A DNA stretch of 64,000 bases from the human T2T-CHM13v2.0 reference genome, Homo sapiens. The notes below the pieces were generated by a model. That model was given only the letters and a program-made list of their open reading frames with translations, searched no databases and was not told the DNA's origin. The stretch is taken from assembly GCF_009914755.1 (NCBI RefSeq), contig NC_060929.1; one strand, 5' to 3'. Made by a program: the position numbers and the translations under genes. Below, one piece after another: positions 31,395 through 49,204 of this stretch. Each line of letters starts with the position of its first letter. The stretch's first letter is position 1.

Positions 31395-31395
<1 letters not shown>
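30968..31395 (+). promoter_or_regulatory. LTR7Y-like U3-R (promoter/enhancer and polyadenylation signal)
   Basis: PPT aagaaggcaggaa then TGTCAGGCC. 31-bp U3 repeats at 31134, 31165, 31196, 31227. TATAAAA at 31303-31309; AATAAA at 31374-31379. Confidence 0.85.
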
Positions 31396-31427
<32 letters not shown>

Positions 31428-34400
31428 ATTCTTTCAGAAAAACAAAAAAAAAAGAGCCTAGGATCTGATTATTTCACTCCTGCCTTCTATCATACATTTA
31501 AGGAAAACCTAATACCATTCAAACTACTTCAGAAAATTGAAGAGAAGGAGATATTTTCAAACCAATTTTATGACGCCAGCATTACCTTTATTTCAAAATC
31601 AGACAGGAACACAACAAAAAAAGGAAACTACTGGCCAATATTTCTGATAAACCTAGATACAAAACATCTCAACAATATACTAGCAAACCAAATAAAACAG
31701 CACATTACAAAGATCATTCATTATGATCAAGTGAAATTCATCCCTGAGATGCAAGCATAGTTCAACATGTGCAAATTAATAAACATGTTATACTACATTA
31801 ACAATAAAAGTCAAACAAATCGTCACTTCAACAGACACAGGAAAAGTATTTGGCAAAATTCAACATTCCTCTGAAAAAATTAGTTATAGAAAGAATGTAC
31901 CTCAATATAATAAAGACCATGTCTGACAGAACCACAGCTAACATCACACGAAATGAGGAAAAACTGAATTTACCCTAACATCAGGAACAAGACATGTATT
32001 CTCATTTTTGCCATTTTTATTCAACACAGTGCTGGAAGTCTTAGCCAGAAAACCTGGACAAGAGAAAGAAATAAAAGGTATCCAAATTGGATAGGAGGAA
32101 GTCACAATGTTTCTGTTTGCAGTGACATGATTGCACATACAGACAACTCTAAAGAACAGTTCCCCAAAAGAACTGCTATAACTAATACACAAATTCAGTA
32201 AAGAAGCAGAACACAAAATCCGCATGCACAAATTAGTAGCATTAAAAACAACTATTTTTAATTTTTGTGTGTACATAGTAGGTGTATACATTTGTGGTGT
32301 ACATGAGATGATTTGATACAAGCATGCAATGCATTGTAATCACATCATGAAAATAGGGTATCTATGTCCCAAAGAATTTATCCTTTGTGTTACAAATAAT
32401 CTAATTATACTATTTTTAGTTACTTTAAACTGAACAATTAAATTATCATTGACTATAGTAGCATTTTTATATCCTCATAGTGAACTATCTGAAAAAATAA
32501 AAAAATTCTATATCCAATAGTCACAAAACAAAAAAAGATACCTATGAATAAACATGACCAAGTAGATGAAAGAGATCTACACTAAAAGCCATAAAATATT
32601 AAGCGAAAAAAAATTGAAGGAATAAATAAATGAAAAGATAGCCCATTTGCATGGATTGGAAGAATTAATATTGTTAAAATTACCATATTACTAATCTTCA
32701 AATTTAATGCAAATCCTATTATAATACCAATGACATTCTTTTAGAAATATAAAAAAATCTTAAAATTCAGTTATAGTAATAAAAGACGCATGATACTGGC
32801 ATAAAAACGGACACACAGACCAATGGAACAGAATAGAGAGCTTGGAAGTAAATTCATACACCAACAGCCATCTGATATTTGACAAAGGTATCAAGAAAAC
32901 TCAATGAGGAAAAGACAGTCTTTTCAATAAATGTTGGTACGGAAACTGGATATCTACATGCATAAGAATAGGACTAGACCTCTACCTCTCACCATATACA
33001 AAACTAAATTCAAAATGGATTACAGACTTAAATGTAAAACCTGAAACTATGAAACTGCCATAAGTAAACATAGGTGAAATGCTTTATGACATTGGGCTGG
33101 GCTAGTGTTTTTAAAATAAGACCTCAAAAGCATAAGCAACAAAAGCAAAAATAGACAAATAGAATTACATCAAACTAAAAAGCGTTCGCATAGCAAAAGA
33201 AACAACACATTGAAGAAACAACCTTCAGAATGGGAGAAAACATTCTAAACTATACATCTGGCAAAGGGTTAATATCTAGAATATGTAAGAAACTCAAGCA
33301 ACTCAGCAGCATAAAACACAAATAACCTGATTTTAAAAATGAGCAAAATACCTTGAGACATTTCTCAGAAGACATACAGTGGCCAACAGGTACATGAATA
33401 AATACTCAACATCGCTAGTCAGCAGGGAAATGCAAATCAAAACCACAATAAGATACCACTGAACTCTTTTTTGAATGGCTATTATCAATAAGACAAAAGA
33501 AAACAAGTGTTGGTGAGGATGTGGAAAAAAGGGAACACTTAAACACTGTCAGTGACGTCTTAAATTAGTACAGCCACTATGGAAAACTGTATGAAGCTTC
33601 CTTAAGTCATTAAAGATAGAACTATAATTTGATCTAGCGATCTCACTACCAGATATATATTTAATGAAATAAAATTACTATATCGATGTTATCTGCACTC
33701 CCATGTCTACTGCAGCACTATTTTCAATAGCCCAAGTGTCTTACAACAGATAAATGAATAAAGAACATGTGGTGTGCGTGTGTGTGTATATGTATGTCTC
33801 ATTTCTTTATATACATATAGTTTGTACACACACACACAATGTGTATGTGTACACTATGTATATGTATACACAATGGTATACTATTTAGCCATAAAAAATG
33901 AAATCCTATAATTTGTGACAACACAGATGTATTTGGAGAATGTTATATTAAGTGAAAAGCCAGACATAGAAACACAAATACTGCAGGATCTCATTCATTG
34001 TTTGGAATCTAAAACTCAAAAGAGTTGGTATTATAGAAGTGGATAGCAGAATAGTGGTGGTCATTGGGTGCAAAGTTACAATTAGATAGAATGAACAAGA
34101 TCTGGTGTTCTACTGCACAGTAATGTGATGATGTTTAGCAGTAAGGTATGAGTATTATAAAGTAGCCAGAAAAGAGGCTTTTAAATGTTCTTACCAGAAA
34201 TAAATAATAAATGTATGCAGTGATGAATTTACTGACTACTCTGATTTGCTCATCATAGATATGATCAACATAAACATGTTTCCTCAAATTGTATCACATA
34301 AATATGTACAATTACGGTGTGTCAATATAAATAAATAAATGATTAAATAAATAAACAGCATCACAGGTCATGATGACATGGATTTGTGTATGAACACATA

Positions 34401-34461
34401 GTAGAAATTTGGGATTAATAATACTCACATGATTTATTGGAAATAAGCATGTAAAGATGCC

Positions 34462-34914
34462 GGTATTAGTCAGGGTTCTCTAGCGAGATAAAACTAATAG
34501 GATAGACAAATATAAAGGGGAGTTTATTAAGGAGTATTGACTCACATGATTAAATTTGAGGTCCCACAATAGGCTGTCTGCAAGCTGAGGAGTAAGGAAG
34601 CCAGTCTGAGTCCTAAAGCTGAAGAACTTGGAGTCCCATGCTCGAGGGCAGGAAGCAGCCAGCACAGGAGAAAGATGTAGGCCAGAAGACTAAACCTGTC
34701 TAGTCCTTTCATGTTCTTCTGCCTGCTTTTATTCTGGCTGTGCTGGCAGCTGATTAGATGATGCCCACCCAGATTGAGGGTGGGTCTGCCTTTCCCACTC
34801 CACTGACTCAAATGTTAATCTCCTTTGGCAACAAACACCCTCACAGACACTCCCAGGAATAATAATTTGCATCCTTCAATTCAATCCAGCTGACACTCAA
34901 TATTAGCCATCACA
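34462..34914 (-). mobile_element. MLT2A (HERV-L) solo LTR
   Basis: gtattagtcagggttctctag...tgacactcaatattagccatcaca; 5-bp TSD atgcc on both sides. Confidence 0.9.
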
Positions 34915-36463
34915 ATGCCCTTTCTATTTTTAGAATTTGGGGAACGTAAAATATCAAGCACTGTAGCCCCCTTTTCTTTGGGCTTTACTTATTGCAAAAC
35001 AGTTCCCATTGCAAATGACACTGATATACAAGTATTTTTATGAGATTCATTTCCTCATACTTGGCAATTATCAATTATCTTTGGAGGATAAAGAAAACAC
35101 TTATAGCTTGACAAGTCATGTGTACCATTTCAGAAATTTCCCTTAAATTGATAGAACAAGTAAATAACATGTACACCATCAGATTTAAAGTTCTCTGACA
35201 AAAAAAAAAATGATGAAAGGAGTTTGCTCCTGTTTCCATATCAAGGATTGTTTTAAAAGTGTTTCTTAAGAAGAATAGAAAAATTTATGGCCTTAAATTT
35301 TTAGAATCTTGAGAATTTACTGAGCCTCAGCCATCAGTTTTATATCTTATAGAAGTAGTTGTTCATATTTTTTAAATGGATCAAATCACTTTGAAGAAAC
35401 TCAAACCATTCTACTGGTGCAACTAAAGCTAACAGCGATGGTCGAGGTCACTGGAAATTGAAAAATGCAAGTCCAAAAGAGGAAACAGTGACAAAAAGCT
35501 ATCACCTATTTGTGACATTAGAGTGAAGCTGAAAAGGGCATTAAAGGGAAACATATTCTATTGTTATTTTAAAATATATTTAGTATTTTATAATTCCAAA
35601 TGGATACATATAAAAATACATGTTTTTCAAGCTCAACCACAGCATGGAAAAGATAAATTTAATAGATAAAGTCATCTGATATGTCAGAAACACAAATAGT
35701 TTTAGAAAATTGAAGGAGTAGCAAAATAAAGACCCATAATAGAAGGGCATCCATGAAGTATATGATATGGAGAGAAATCCATTCCACTGACTTTCCAGTT
35801 TTGTTCTTTATCAGGCTTATCCTCAGGCTTACCTTGGTATAATACAGTATATCTTTCTCAGTATAGCCCATAGTTAAGAATACAAAGAGGTAAATCAGAA
35901 GCTGTAAAAACATACTGTGTTGGTACAAAGGGAGAGATGTCAGTAATTTCATCTCCTAACATAAAGGATAAAAGGTGCTTACATCCTGATAAAAGACAAA
36001 TATTTAGGGAACTGAAATTGTCCATTTCAAACCATTAGATCTGAAACCAGTTTACTTATAAACTTTACCTATAAATTTTGTGTCAGTATGGCTAGAACAA
36101 CACACAAAACCTAGTGTGTGGTCTGTCAGCCAATATACTATGATTTAGGAAATGTAAAGAGAGAAAAATGATCTATTGACAAAAGTATATCACTATATAC
36201 ACAGACAAATTTGTATAATTACAATGCAAATTTTATGCTTTTATTTATTTGCCTAAGCAACAGATTTTCTCTCACTCACTAAGTGTACTTTCCTTTAGAC
36301 ATCTTATATATTTTGTCATGAAAGGGTGATAATATAAAAATGCAATGCCGCTAGTAATTTATTCAAATGGTAGACCATTTATTTTAGGTTTGTCTGAACA
36401 TTTTAACCTATCTTTTTCTTAATACAACATAATATTGAATATATTATATAAGAATACACTACT

Positions 36464-36870
<407 letters not shown>

Positions 36871-37174
36871 TTAGTGAGTGAGTCAGAGAGAGAGAGGTAT
36901 ACTAATGTTTTCATGTCTTAATGGTTTGTGGCATAATATGTTATATTCAAGAAATGCAACAGACAAGTAAATGACTAAAGAAGCATCTGGCACTACTAAA
37001 ATACCTTGGAAATAATAATAATTTCTTCATTTGGGAAAGTAATTTTAAGCTCATTTATGTTTATATATTTTGTATATATACATATATATAGTGATAACGT
37101 AATACTAACTATGAGAAATTTTAAGATGTAGCTGACCAGGCTTATTCACCATTTAGTTCTATGTGTGTGCATTT

Positions 37175-37410
37175 GCATCATACCAGTGCAATGATAGAGC
37201 ACAGGTTATGTAATAAGACTCTGGAGTTCCAATGTGAACTTTGCCATACGTTACCTGTGTGGAGTGAATTACCAAATCTCTCTGTGCCATAGTTTTCTTA
37301 TCTATAAATTGGGTTAATAACAGTGTCTGTCTCCCAGGGTTGCTGTGAGGATGAAATGAGTTGATATATGAAATGTGCTTAGATGATTGGTGCATATGTT
37401 CTATTAGCTA
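37175..37410 (+). mobile_element. MIR
   Basis: Core ctctctgtgccatagttttcttatctataaattggg...gggttgctgtgaggatgaaatgag. Confidence 0.85.
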
Positions 37411-37824
37411 TAGTAGTAATGATAAAAATAATTACATGTAATATATTAATTTTAATGATAGTTATTATTGATTTTGTTTAAAAGATAAGCTGATTGATAA
37501 TTTATTTTATCATTAAATATATATAATTGCTGTGGAAGAACCAACTAAAGTTTTCTAATAGTAAGCACATATGGAATTCCATAGGAACAGTTTTTTTATT
37601 CAAAATGTCATATTCATTTGCTTATTTGCCATCTTCTTTTCTCACTTGAAACTTTATGATGACATTATCTCCAGGTCACTAAAGTATATAGTAGAATATA
37701 TTTAGTTACCCTGTTCCTTTTCTTGGTCTTTCTCCATAAATGAGGTTATCTACAACTGTAGCCTTCATTACCATCTATAGTTTGATCATTTCCAGAACTA
37801 CAAATGCAGCTAAGAATATGACTG

Positions 37825-37878
<54 letters not shown>

Positions 37879-37935
37879 CACATACGTACATACATACTAC
37901 ATAGGTGATAGATAGATAGATTTATAGATAGATGG
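37825..37935. repeat. (GATA)n tetranucleotide STR
   Basis: About 13 uninterrupted GATA units plus degenerate flank. Confidence 0.95.
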
Positions 37936-37959
37936 CTAGATGATTTTGAAAGTATCTTT

Positions 37960-38810
37960 AAGCTAATATGTCCCAAATTGAACTGATCATCTTCCACTCA
38001 CAATGTGCTCTTCCTATTTGACCCCAGGTGTAAACGGCATCATGTTTCTGCCCTGTCCTGGAACTCAATCAGTATTTTTGCCTACTCATCTCTCTTGTGG
38101 TTCATGTCCCTCATCAGGTCCTCCTGGCTCTGCCTCCTGAAGAAGTTTCAATTATCCCCCTTCCCTCTACACTGATGTTGCTGTAAGTTAGGGGATGTTC
38201 ACCTCCCACCTGCCTTGCTAAAGAATCTTATAACTATTTTTCTTCCATTTATAAGATTAAAAACTACTCATAGATCTGTGTTTTCTTCAATATAATAATG
38301 ACTTTAAAAATACTGAGTAATTATAATGTGATAGGCACCTTTAAATTACTTTACATATCTTTTTAATTATCAGGAAAAATCTGATGAGAAAGATAATGAT
38401 TGTTTTATCAATTTATCGTGAAGGAAACTGAGAAAGAAAATTTAAGTAATAGCACTATTTCACCTAGTTAGAAGGTGCTAGGCCAAATAAAAATTGCCTA
38501 ATCATACTTAGAAGGCCATTATTTATGCCCTTGATTCACTTCAATGTGTTGCTCAGCTAATGTGCTTGCCTCTGGCAAGCCTCTCTTGTCCGCCCAACAC
38601 TGGGCTAAATCTCATAGAATTCTCAACTTCAGAAAACACAGTATTCATTCAAATTTTTAGAATACTCATAGCTATTAATTCCATATCTACTTGTCTCCCT
38701 ATGACTATAGGCTTTGTGAGAGAGAGGACTGGGCATCTGTGTTCATGTTTATCATTGCATGTGTCTGTCACATGTCAGGGAGGTCAATTAACAATTTTTA
38801 TTAAAATAGT
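37960..38810. mobile_element. L2 (+) fragments with an intervening MIR (-) at ~38310-38480
   Basis: aatatgtcccaaattgaactgatcatcttcc (L2); gaaggaaactgag...aagtaat (MIR). Confidence 0.55.
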
Positions 38811-39999
38811 GAACCACTTGAGGTTACCCATGTCTCTTCATGGTGGTTTACCAAATTTCTAGCATACTTTTCTATAACCATAACACCTATGTCATTTAAA
38901 AACTGAGCTATTAAAACATAGTAATTGTACGCACACTTGGGAGGTGTGGGTGAATGGAATGAGGAAACAATGATCTAACATAAAAGGGTTCTGAGTCTCT
39001 TTGTATAGATTTCAGGGGGATGACCGCTTATCACAGGCCTGAGATTAATTCATGGGCATAATCTGTTGTTACCTTCAGTTTCTCCTTCAGGCTTTTGTTG
39101 TTATCAGGCCAGATTTCTGTATTTGAAAACAGGTATCTTTGCTTTGCAATAGCTTTCTCTTTTTACCTATTCAGAATTGTTTAGCCCTTAAGCAAACTTT
39201 CACACACTTATTTTATTGCCATATCTGAAAAGGGAAATGGCTCTCTCTGTTATTCCTGGGTGTTAACCTTTTCAGAATAAAATTGTTAGTTGTGAAGATT
39301 TTACACATGTATCTTGATTTGTTAATGATGGTTTCATGCAACATGCTCTGTGGGTTAAAATGTATATATGTGTGAGAGTAATACATGACATATTGGAAGA
39401 AGTCTATGCTATTTATACTGAGAGAAAGGAAAAAAAGCATATAAAGCTAATTTGTGTCAAGTGCTGGATATCAGCCGATGTGTTTTCATTTGCCCTTTAG
39501 AAAACCCTGTATTGCAGGTAAGAAAATTGTGACTTAGACAGGAGGTGCTTTATGTAAGACCATGCATGCAGGCAGTAAGAAAAATTTTAATGTTCAACAC
39601 ATAGTGATAATATATGCTATGAAGAACTGCAATTATATGTAAGGTCTAATGTTCACACTCAAAGACATAAACATTAGTTGAGAAGAAAAATGATATTCAT
39701 TAAAATCAAAGGCAGCAATCAGAAGAGGTAAATTACAAAGGTTATAGAAGGGAGTGTCTTAGTCCATTAGTACAGCTATAACAAAATACTTGTAACTGGG
39801 TTCTTTATACAAAACAGAGATTTATTTCTCAGTTCTGTAGGCTTGGAAGTTCAAGATCAAGGTGCCAGCAGGTGATGTTTGGTAATGGCTTGGTTTCCGT
39901 TTCCAAGATGGGACCTTGTTGCTGCATCTTCTGGATGGGAGGAACTCTGTGTTCTCACATGACAGAAGGGCAAAAAGGGGTGAATACTGTGTGAAGCCT

Positions 40000-42900
40000 T
40001 ATTTTTTTTTTTAGCTTTTAAGTTCAGTAGTACATGTGCGGGTTTGTTACGTAAGCAAACCTGTATTGTGGGGGTTGGTTGTATAGATGATTTCATCACC
40101 CAGGTATCAAGCCTAGTATCCATTAGTTATTTTTTTCTGATCCTCTCCCTCATCCCATCTTCTACCTTTTGAAAAGCCCCAGTATGTATGGTTCACCTCT
40201 CTCTCTCCATGTGTTCTCATCATTTGGCACATACTTATAAGTGAGAACATGCAGTATTTGGTTTTCTGTTCTTGCATTAGTTTGCTAAGGATGATGGCCT
40301 ACAGTTCCAACCATGTTCCTGCAAAGGACATGATCTCATTCTTTTTTATGGCTCCACAGTATTCTGTGGCATACTTGTACCACATTTTCTTTATCCACTT
40401 TACCATTGTTGGGCATTTAGGTTGATTCCATATCTTTGCTATTGTGAATAGTGATGAACATATGCATACATGTGTCTTTATAATAGAATTATTTATATTC
40501 CTTGCACCATTGGTGGAAGAGTAAATTAGTTCAGCCATTGTGAAAGATAGTGTGGTGAGTCCTCAAAACCTAAAGACAGAACTAACATTTGACCCAGCAA
40601 TCCCATCACTGGGTATTGTAGTTCCCATAATCCTTATGTGTTGAGGGAGGGACCCAGTGGGAGGTAATCGAATCATGAGGGCAGTTACCTTCCTGCTGTT
40701 CTAGTAATAGTGAGTGAGTTCTCACAGGATTTGATGGTTTTGTAAGGGAATTTCCCCCACTTCACTCTGCACTTCTCCCTCCTACTACCATGTGAAGAAG
40801 GACATGTTTGCTTCCCCTTCCACCATGATTGTAACTTTCCTGAGGTCTCCCCAGCCATGCTGAACTGTGAATCAATTAAACCTATTTCCTTTATAACTTA
40901 CCGAGTCTTGGGTATGTCTTTATTAACAGCATGACAATGGACTAATAAAGGTTGTTTTTTCTTGTAAATTTGTTTAAATTCCTTATAGATGCTGGATATT
41001 AGACCTTTGTCAGATGCATAGTTTGCAAAATTTTTCTCCCATTTTGTAAAATGTCTTTTTATTCTGTTGATAGTTTCTTTTCTGTGTAGAAGCTCTTTCA
41101 TTCAACTAGATCCCATTTGTCAATTTTTGCTTTCACTGCAGTTGCTTTTGGCATCTTTGTTATGAAATTTTTGCCATGCCTATGTCCTGAGTGGTATTGC
41201 CTGATTGTCTTCCAGGGTTTTTGTAGTTTTGGGTTTTGTATTTAAGTCTTCAATCTTGAGTTAATTTTTGTATATGGTGTAAGGAAAAGGTCCAGTTTAA
41301 ATCTGCATAAGACTAGCCAGTTATCCCAAGAACATTTATTAAATAGGGAATTCTTCCCTCATTGCTTGTTTTTGTCAGGTTTGTCAAAGATCAGGTAGTA
41401 ATAGGTGTGCAGCCTTATTTCTGAGTTCTCTATTCTGTTCCACTGGTCTATGTGTCTGTTTTGTACCAGCACTGTGGTGTTTTGGTTACTGTAGCCCCAT
41501 GCTATAGTTCGAAGTCAGGTAGCGTGATGCCTCCAGCTTTGTTCTTTTTGTTTAGGATTGCCTTGCCTATTTGGGCTCTTTTTTGGTTCCATATGAATTT
41601 TAAAATAGTTTTCTCTAGTTCTGTGAAGAATGTCATTAATAGTTTCATAGGAATAACATTAAATCTCTAAATTGTTTCAGGCAGTGTGGCCATTTTCATG
41701 ATATTAATTCTTCCTATCCATTAGAATGGAATGTTTTTCTATTTGTTATTGTCATCTCTGATTTCTTCGAGCAGCGATTTGTAGTTCTCCTTGAAGAAAT
41801 CATTCACCTTCCTTGTTAGCTATATTCCTAGGTAATTTATACTATTTTTGGCAATTGTGAATGGTAGTTTGTTCTTGATTTTACTCTCAGATTAACTGTT
41901 CTGTAGAAATGCTTGTGATTTTTGCACATTGATTTTGTATCTTGAGACTTGCTGAAATTATCAGCTTAACAAGCTTTTGGGCTGAGACTATGGGGTTTTC
42001 TAGATATTGGATCATGTCATCTGCAAACAGGGGTAGTTTGACTTCCTCTCTTCCCATTTGGATGCACTTTATTTCTTTGTCTTGCCTAATTGCCCTAGCC
42101 AGAACTTCCAATGTTATGTTGAATAGGAGTGGTGAGAGAGGGCGTCTTTGTCTTGTGATGGTTTTCAAGGGAAATGCTTCCAGCTTTTGCCCATTCAGTA
42201 TGATGTTGGCTGTGGGTTTTTTACAGATGGTTGTTATAATTTTGATGGATGTTCCTTCAATACCTTGTTTACTGAGAGTTTTTAAGATGAATGGATGTTG
42301 AATTTATCAAAAGCCCTTTTCTGTATCTATTGATATAATCCTATGGTTTTTGTCTTTAATTCTGTTTGTGTGATGAACCATTTGGTATGCTGAATGAAAC
42401 TTGCATCCCAGGGATGAAGCCTACTTGATTGTGGTGAATAAGCTTTTTGATGTGCTGTTAGGTTTAGTTTGTCAGTATTTTGTTGAGGATTTTCACATCG
42501 ACATTCATCAAAAATATTGGTCTGAAGTGTTCTATTTTTTGTTGTATTTTTGCCAGGTTTGGGGATTAGGATGATCCTGGTCTCATAGAATGAGTTAGGG
42601 AGGAGTCCCTTTTTTGCAATTTTTTTGGAATAGTTTCAGTAGAAATGATACCAGCTCTTCTTTGTATTTCTGGTAGAATTCAGCTGTGAATCCATGTGAT
42701 GCTGGGCTTTCTTTGGTTTGTAGGCTATTTATTACTGCCTCAATAACAAAACTTGTTGTTGATCTGTTTAGGGACCCAATTTCTTTCTACTTCAGTCTTG
42801 GGAGGGTGTATTTGTACAGGAATTTATCCATTTTTCTAGCTTTTCTAGTTTATGTGCATAGAGGTGTTCATAATCTCTGATGATTGTCTGTTTTTCTGTG

Positions 42901-43822
42901 GGAGGGTAATATCTGCCTTGTTGTTTCTGATTGTGTTTATTTGAACCTTCTCTCTTTTCTTCTTTATTTGTCTAACTAGTGGTCTATCTTATTAACATTT
43001 TTCAAAAAAACAGCTCCTAGATTTGTTGATCTTTTGAATTTTTTTTTCTACCTTTATCTCCTTTAGTTCAGCTCTGATTTTGTTTATTTCCTATCTTATG
43101 CTAGCTTTGGGATTTGTTTACTCTTGGTTCTCTAGTTCTTTTAGTTGTAAAGTTGCGTGATTAAGTTCAGATTTTTCTGATTTTTTAATGTGTCATTTAG
43201 TGCTATAAATTTCCTTCTTAACACTACCTTAGCTGTGTCCCAGGGATTCTGGTACATTGTATCTTTGTTAGTTTCAAAGAACTTCTTGATTTCTGCCTCA
43301 ATTTCATTATTTACCCAAAAGTCATTCAAAAACAGGTTATTCAATTTCCATGTAATTGTATGATTTTGAGTGAATTTTTTAGTCTTGATTTCAAACTTGT
43401 CTGTATTGTGGTCTGAGAGAGTGTTTCTTATTATTTCTGTTCTTTTGCATTTGCTGCAGAGTGTTTTAGCTTCAATTATATGATGGATTTTGGAATAAAG
43501 GCCATGTAGTGATCAGAATAATATATGTTTTGTTGTTTTTTGAGTGGCGAATTCTGTAGATATCCATAAGATCAATTTGATTCAATGCTGAGTTCAGGTC
43601 CTGAATATCTTTGTTAATTGGCTGTCTCAATAATCTGCCTAATATTGTTAGTGGGATGTTAAAGTCTCCTATTATTACTATGAGGGAATCTAAATCTCTT
43701 TGACGGTCTCTATAAACTTCCTTTATAAATCTGCATGCACCTGTATTGGGTGCATATAAATTTAAGACAGATCTTCTTGTAGAAGTAAACCCTTTACCAT
43801 TATGTAATGGCTTTTTTTTTGT
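40000..43822 (-). mobile_element. 5'-truncated L1PA (older subfamily) with an internal inversion and a THE1 fragment
   Basis: Poly(T) at 40002; reverse ORF2 ([20 protein letters not shown]...LFADDMI); TSD core tgaagcct (39992 / 43823). Confidence 0.93.
40615..40949 (+). mobile_element. THE1 LTR lacking its first ~40 bp
   Basis: attgtagttcccataatcc...ggactaata. Confidence 0.9.
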
Positions 43823-44157
43823 TGAAGCCTCCTTTATAAAATCCTAAATTCCACTCACTAAGGCTCTGCCTTCATAACTTAATCACCTTCTAAAGATCCT
43901 GCCTCTTAATACTGTCATATTGACTTTAAATTTCAACACATGATATTTGGAAAGAATATTATTCAAACCATAGCGAAAGAGAACTTTAAATGTAGGTAGT
44001 GAGGAAACTCCTTTTCAAAAACAATAGCGCCTGAAGTATTCTTAGTTGAAAACAATCAATGAGTAGATTGTGATTACTTGTCTTTATTTTAAGAAAGGCT
44101 TGTAGTGGGACTCTAGGAAGCATGCTTGGAAGTTTGAGGTTTTCTTAACTGGACAGT

Positions 44158-49190
<5,033 letters not shown>

Positions 49191-49204
49191 GTCAGATATA
49201 AAAA

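Larger units (their letters stand above)
27135..31425 (+). mobile_element. HERV-H (LTR7Y-type) processed retrocopy: R-U5, internal region, U3-R, poly(A)
   Basis: 5' LTR lacks U3 and 3' LTR lacks U5; A30 tail at 31396-31425; TSD aaaaagtattctt (27122-27134) / aaaaactattctt (31421-31433); tRNA-His PBS. Confidence 0.95.
24800..34357 (+). mobile_element. Old L1 (L1MA/L1PB-like) with 5'UTR, ORF1 missing, ORF2 and 3' end; split by the HERV-H retrocopy
   Basis: 5'UTR ~24800-25850. ORF2 from ~25860 continues across the insertion (aaaaagtattctt|tcagaaaaac...agagcctaggatctgat). 3' end aataaataaataaatg near 34330-34357. Confidence 0.9.
39756..43975 (-). mobile_element. MSTC/MLT1A-type LTR split by an L1 (halves ~39756-39999 and ~43823-43975)
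   Basis: tgtcttagtccatt...tgaagcct | L1 | tgaagcct...ttcaaaccatagc. Confidence 0.85.

Noticed and set aside
27135-31425. Intact or replication-competent HERV-H provirus
   Set aside because: Incomplete LTRs, catalytic substitutions in protease and RT, frameshifts, and no integrase or SU
33770-33880. (TG)/(CA) quasi-palindrome, and alternating purine-pyrimidine tracts at 20640-20720 and 58115-58165
   Set aside because: Ordinary degenerate microsatellites
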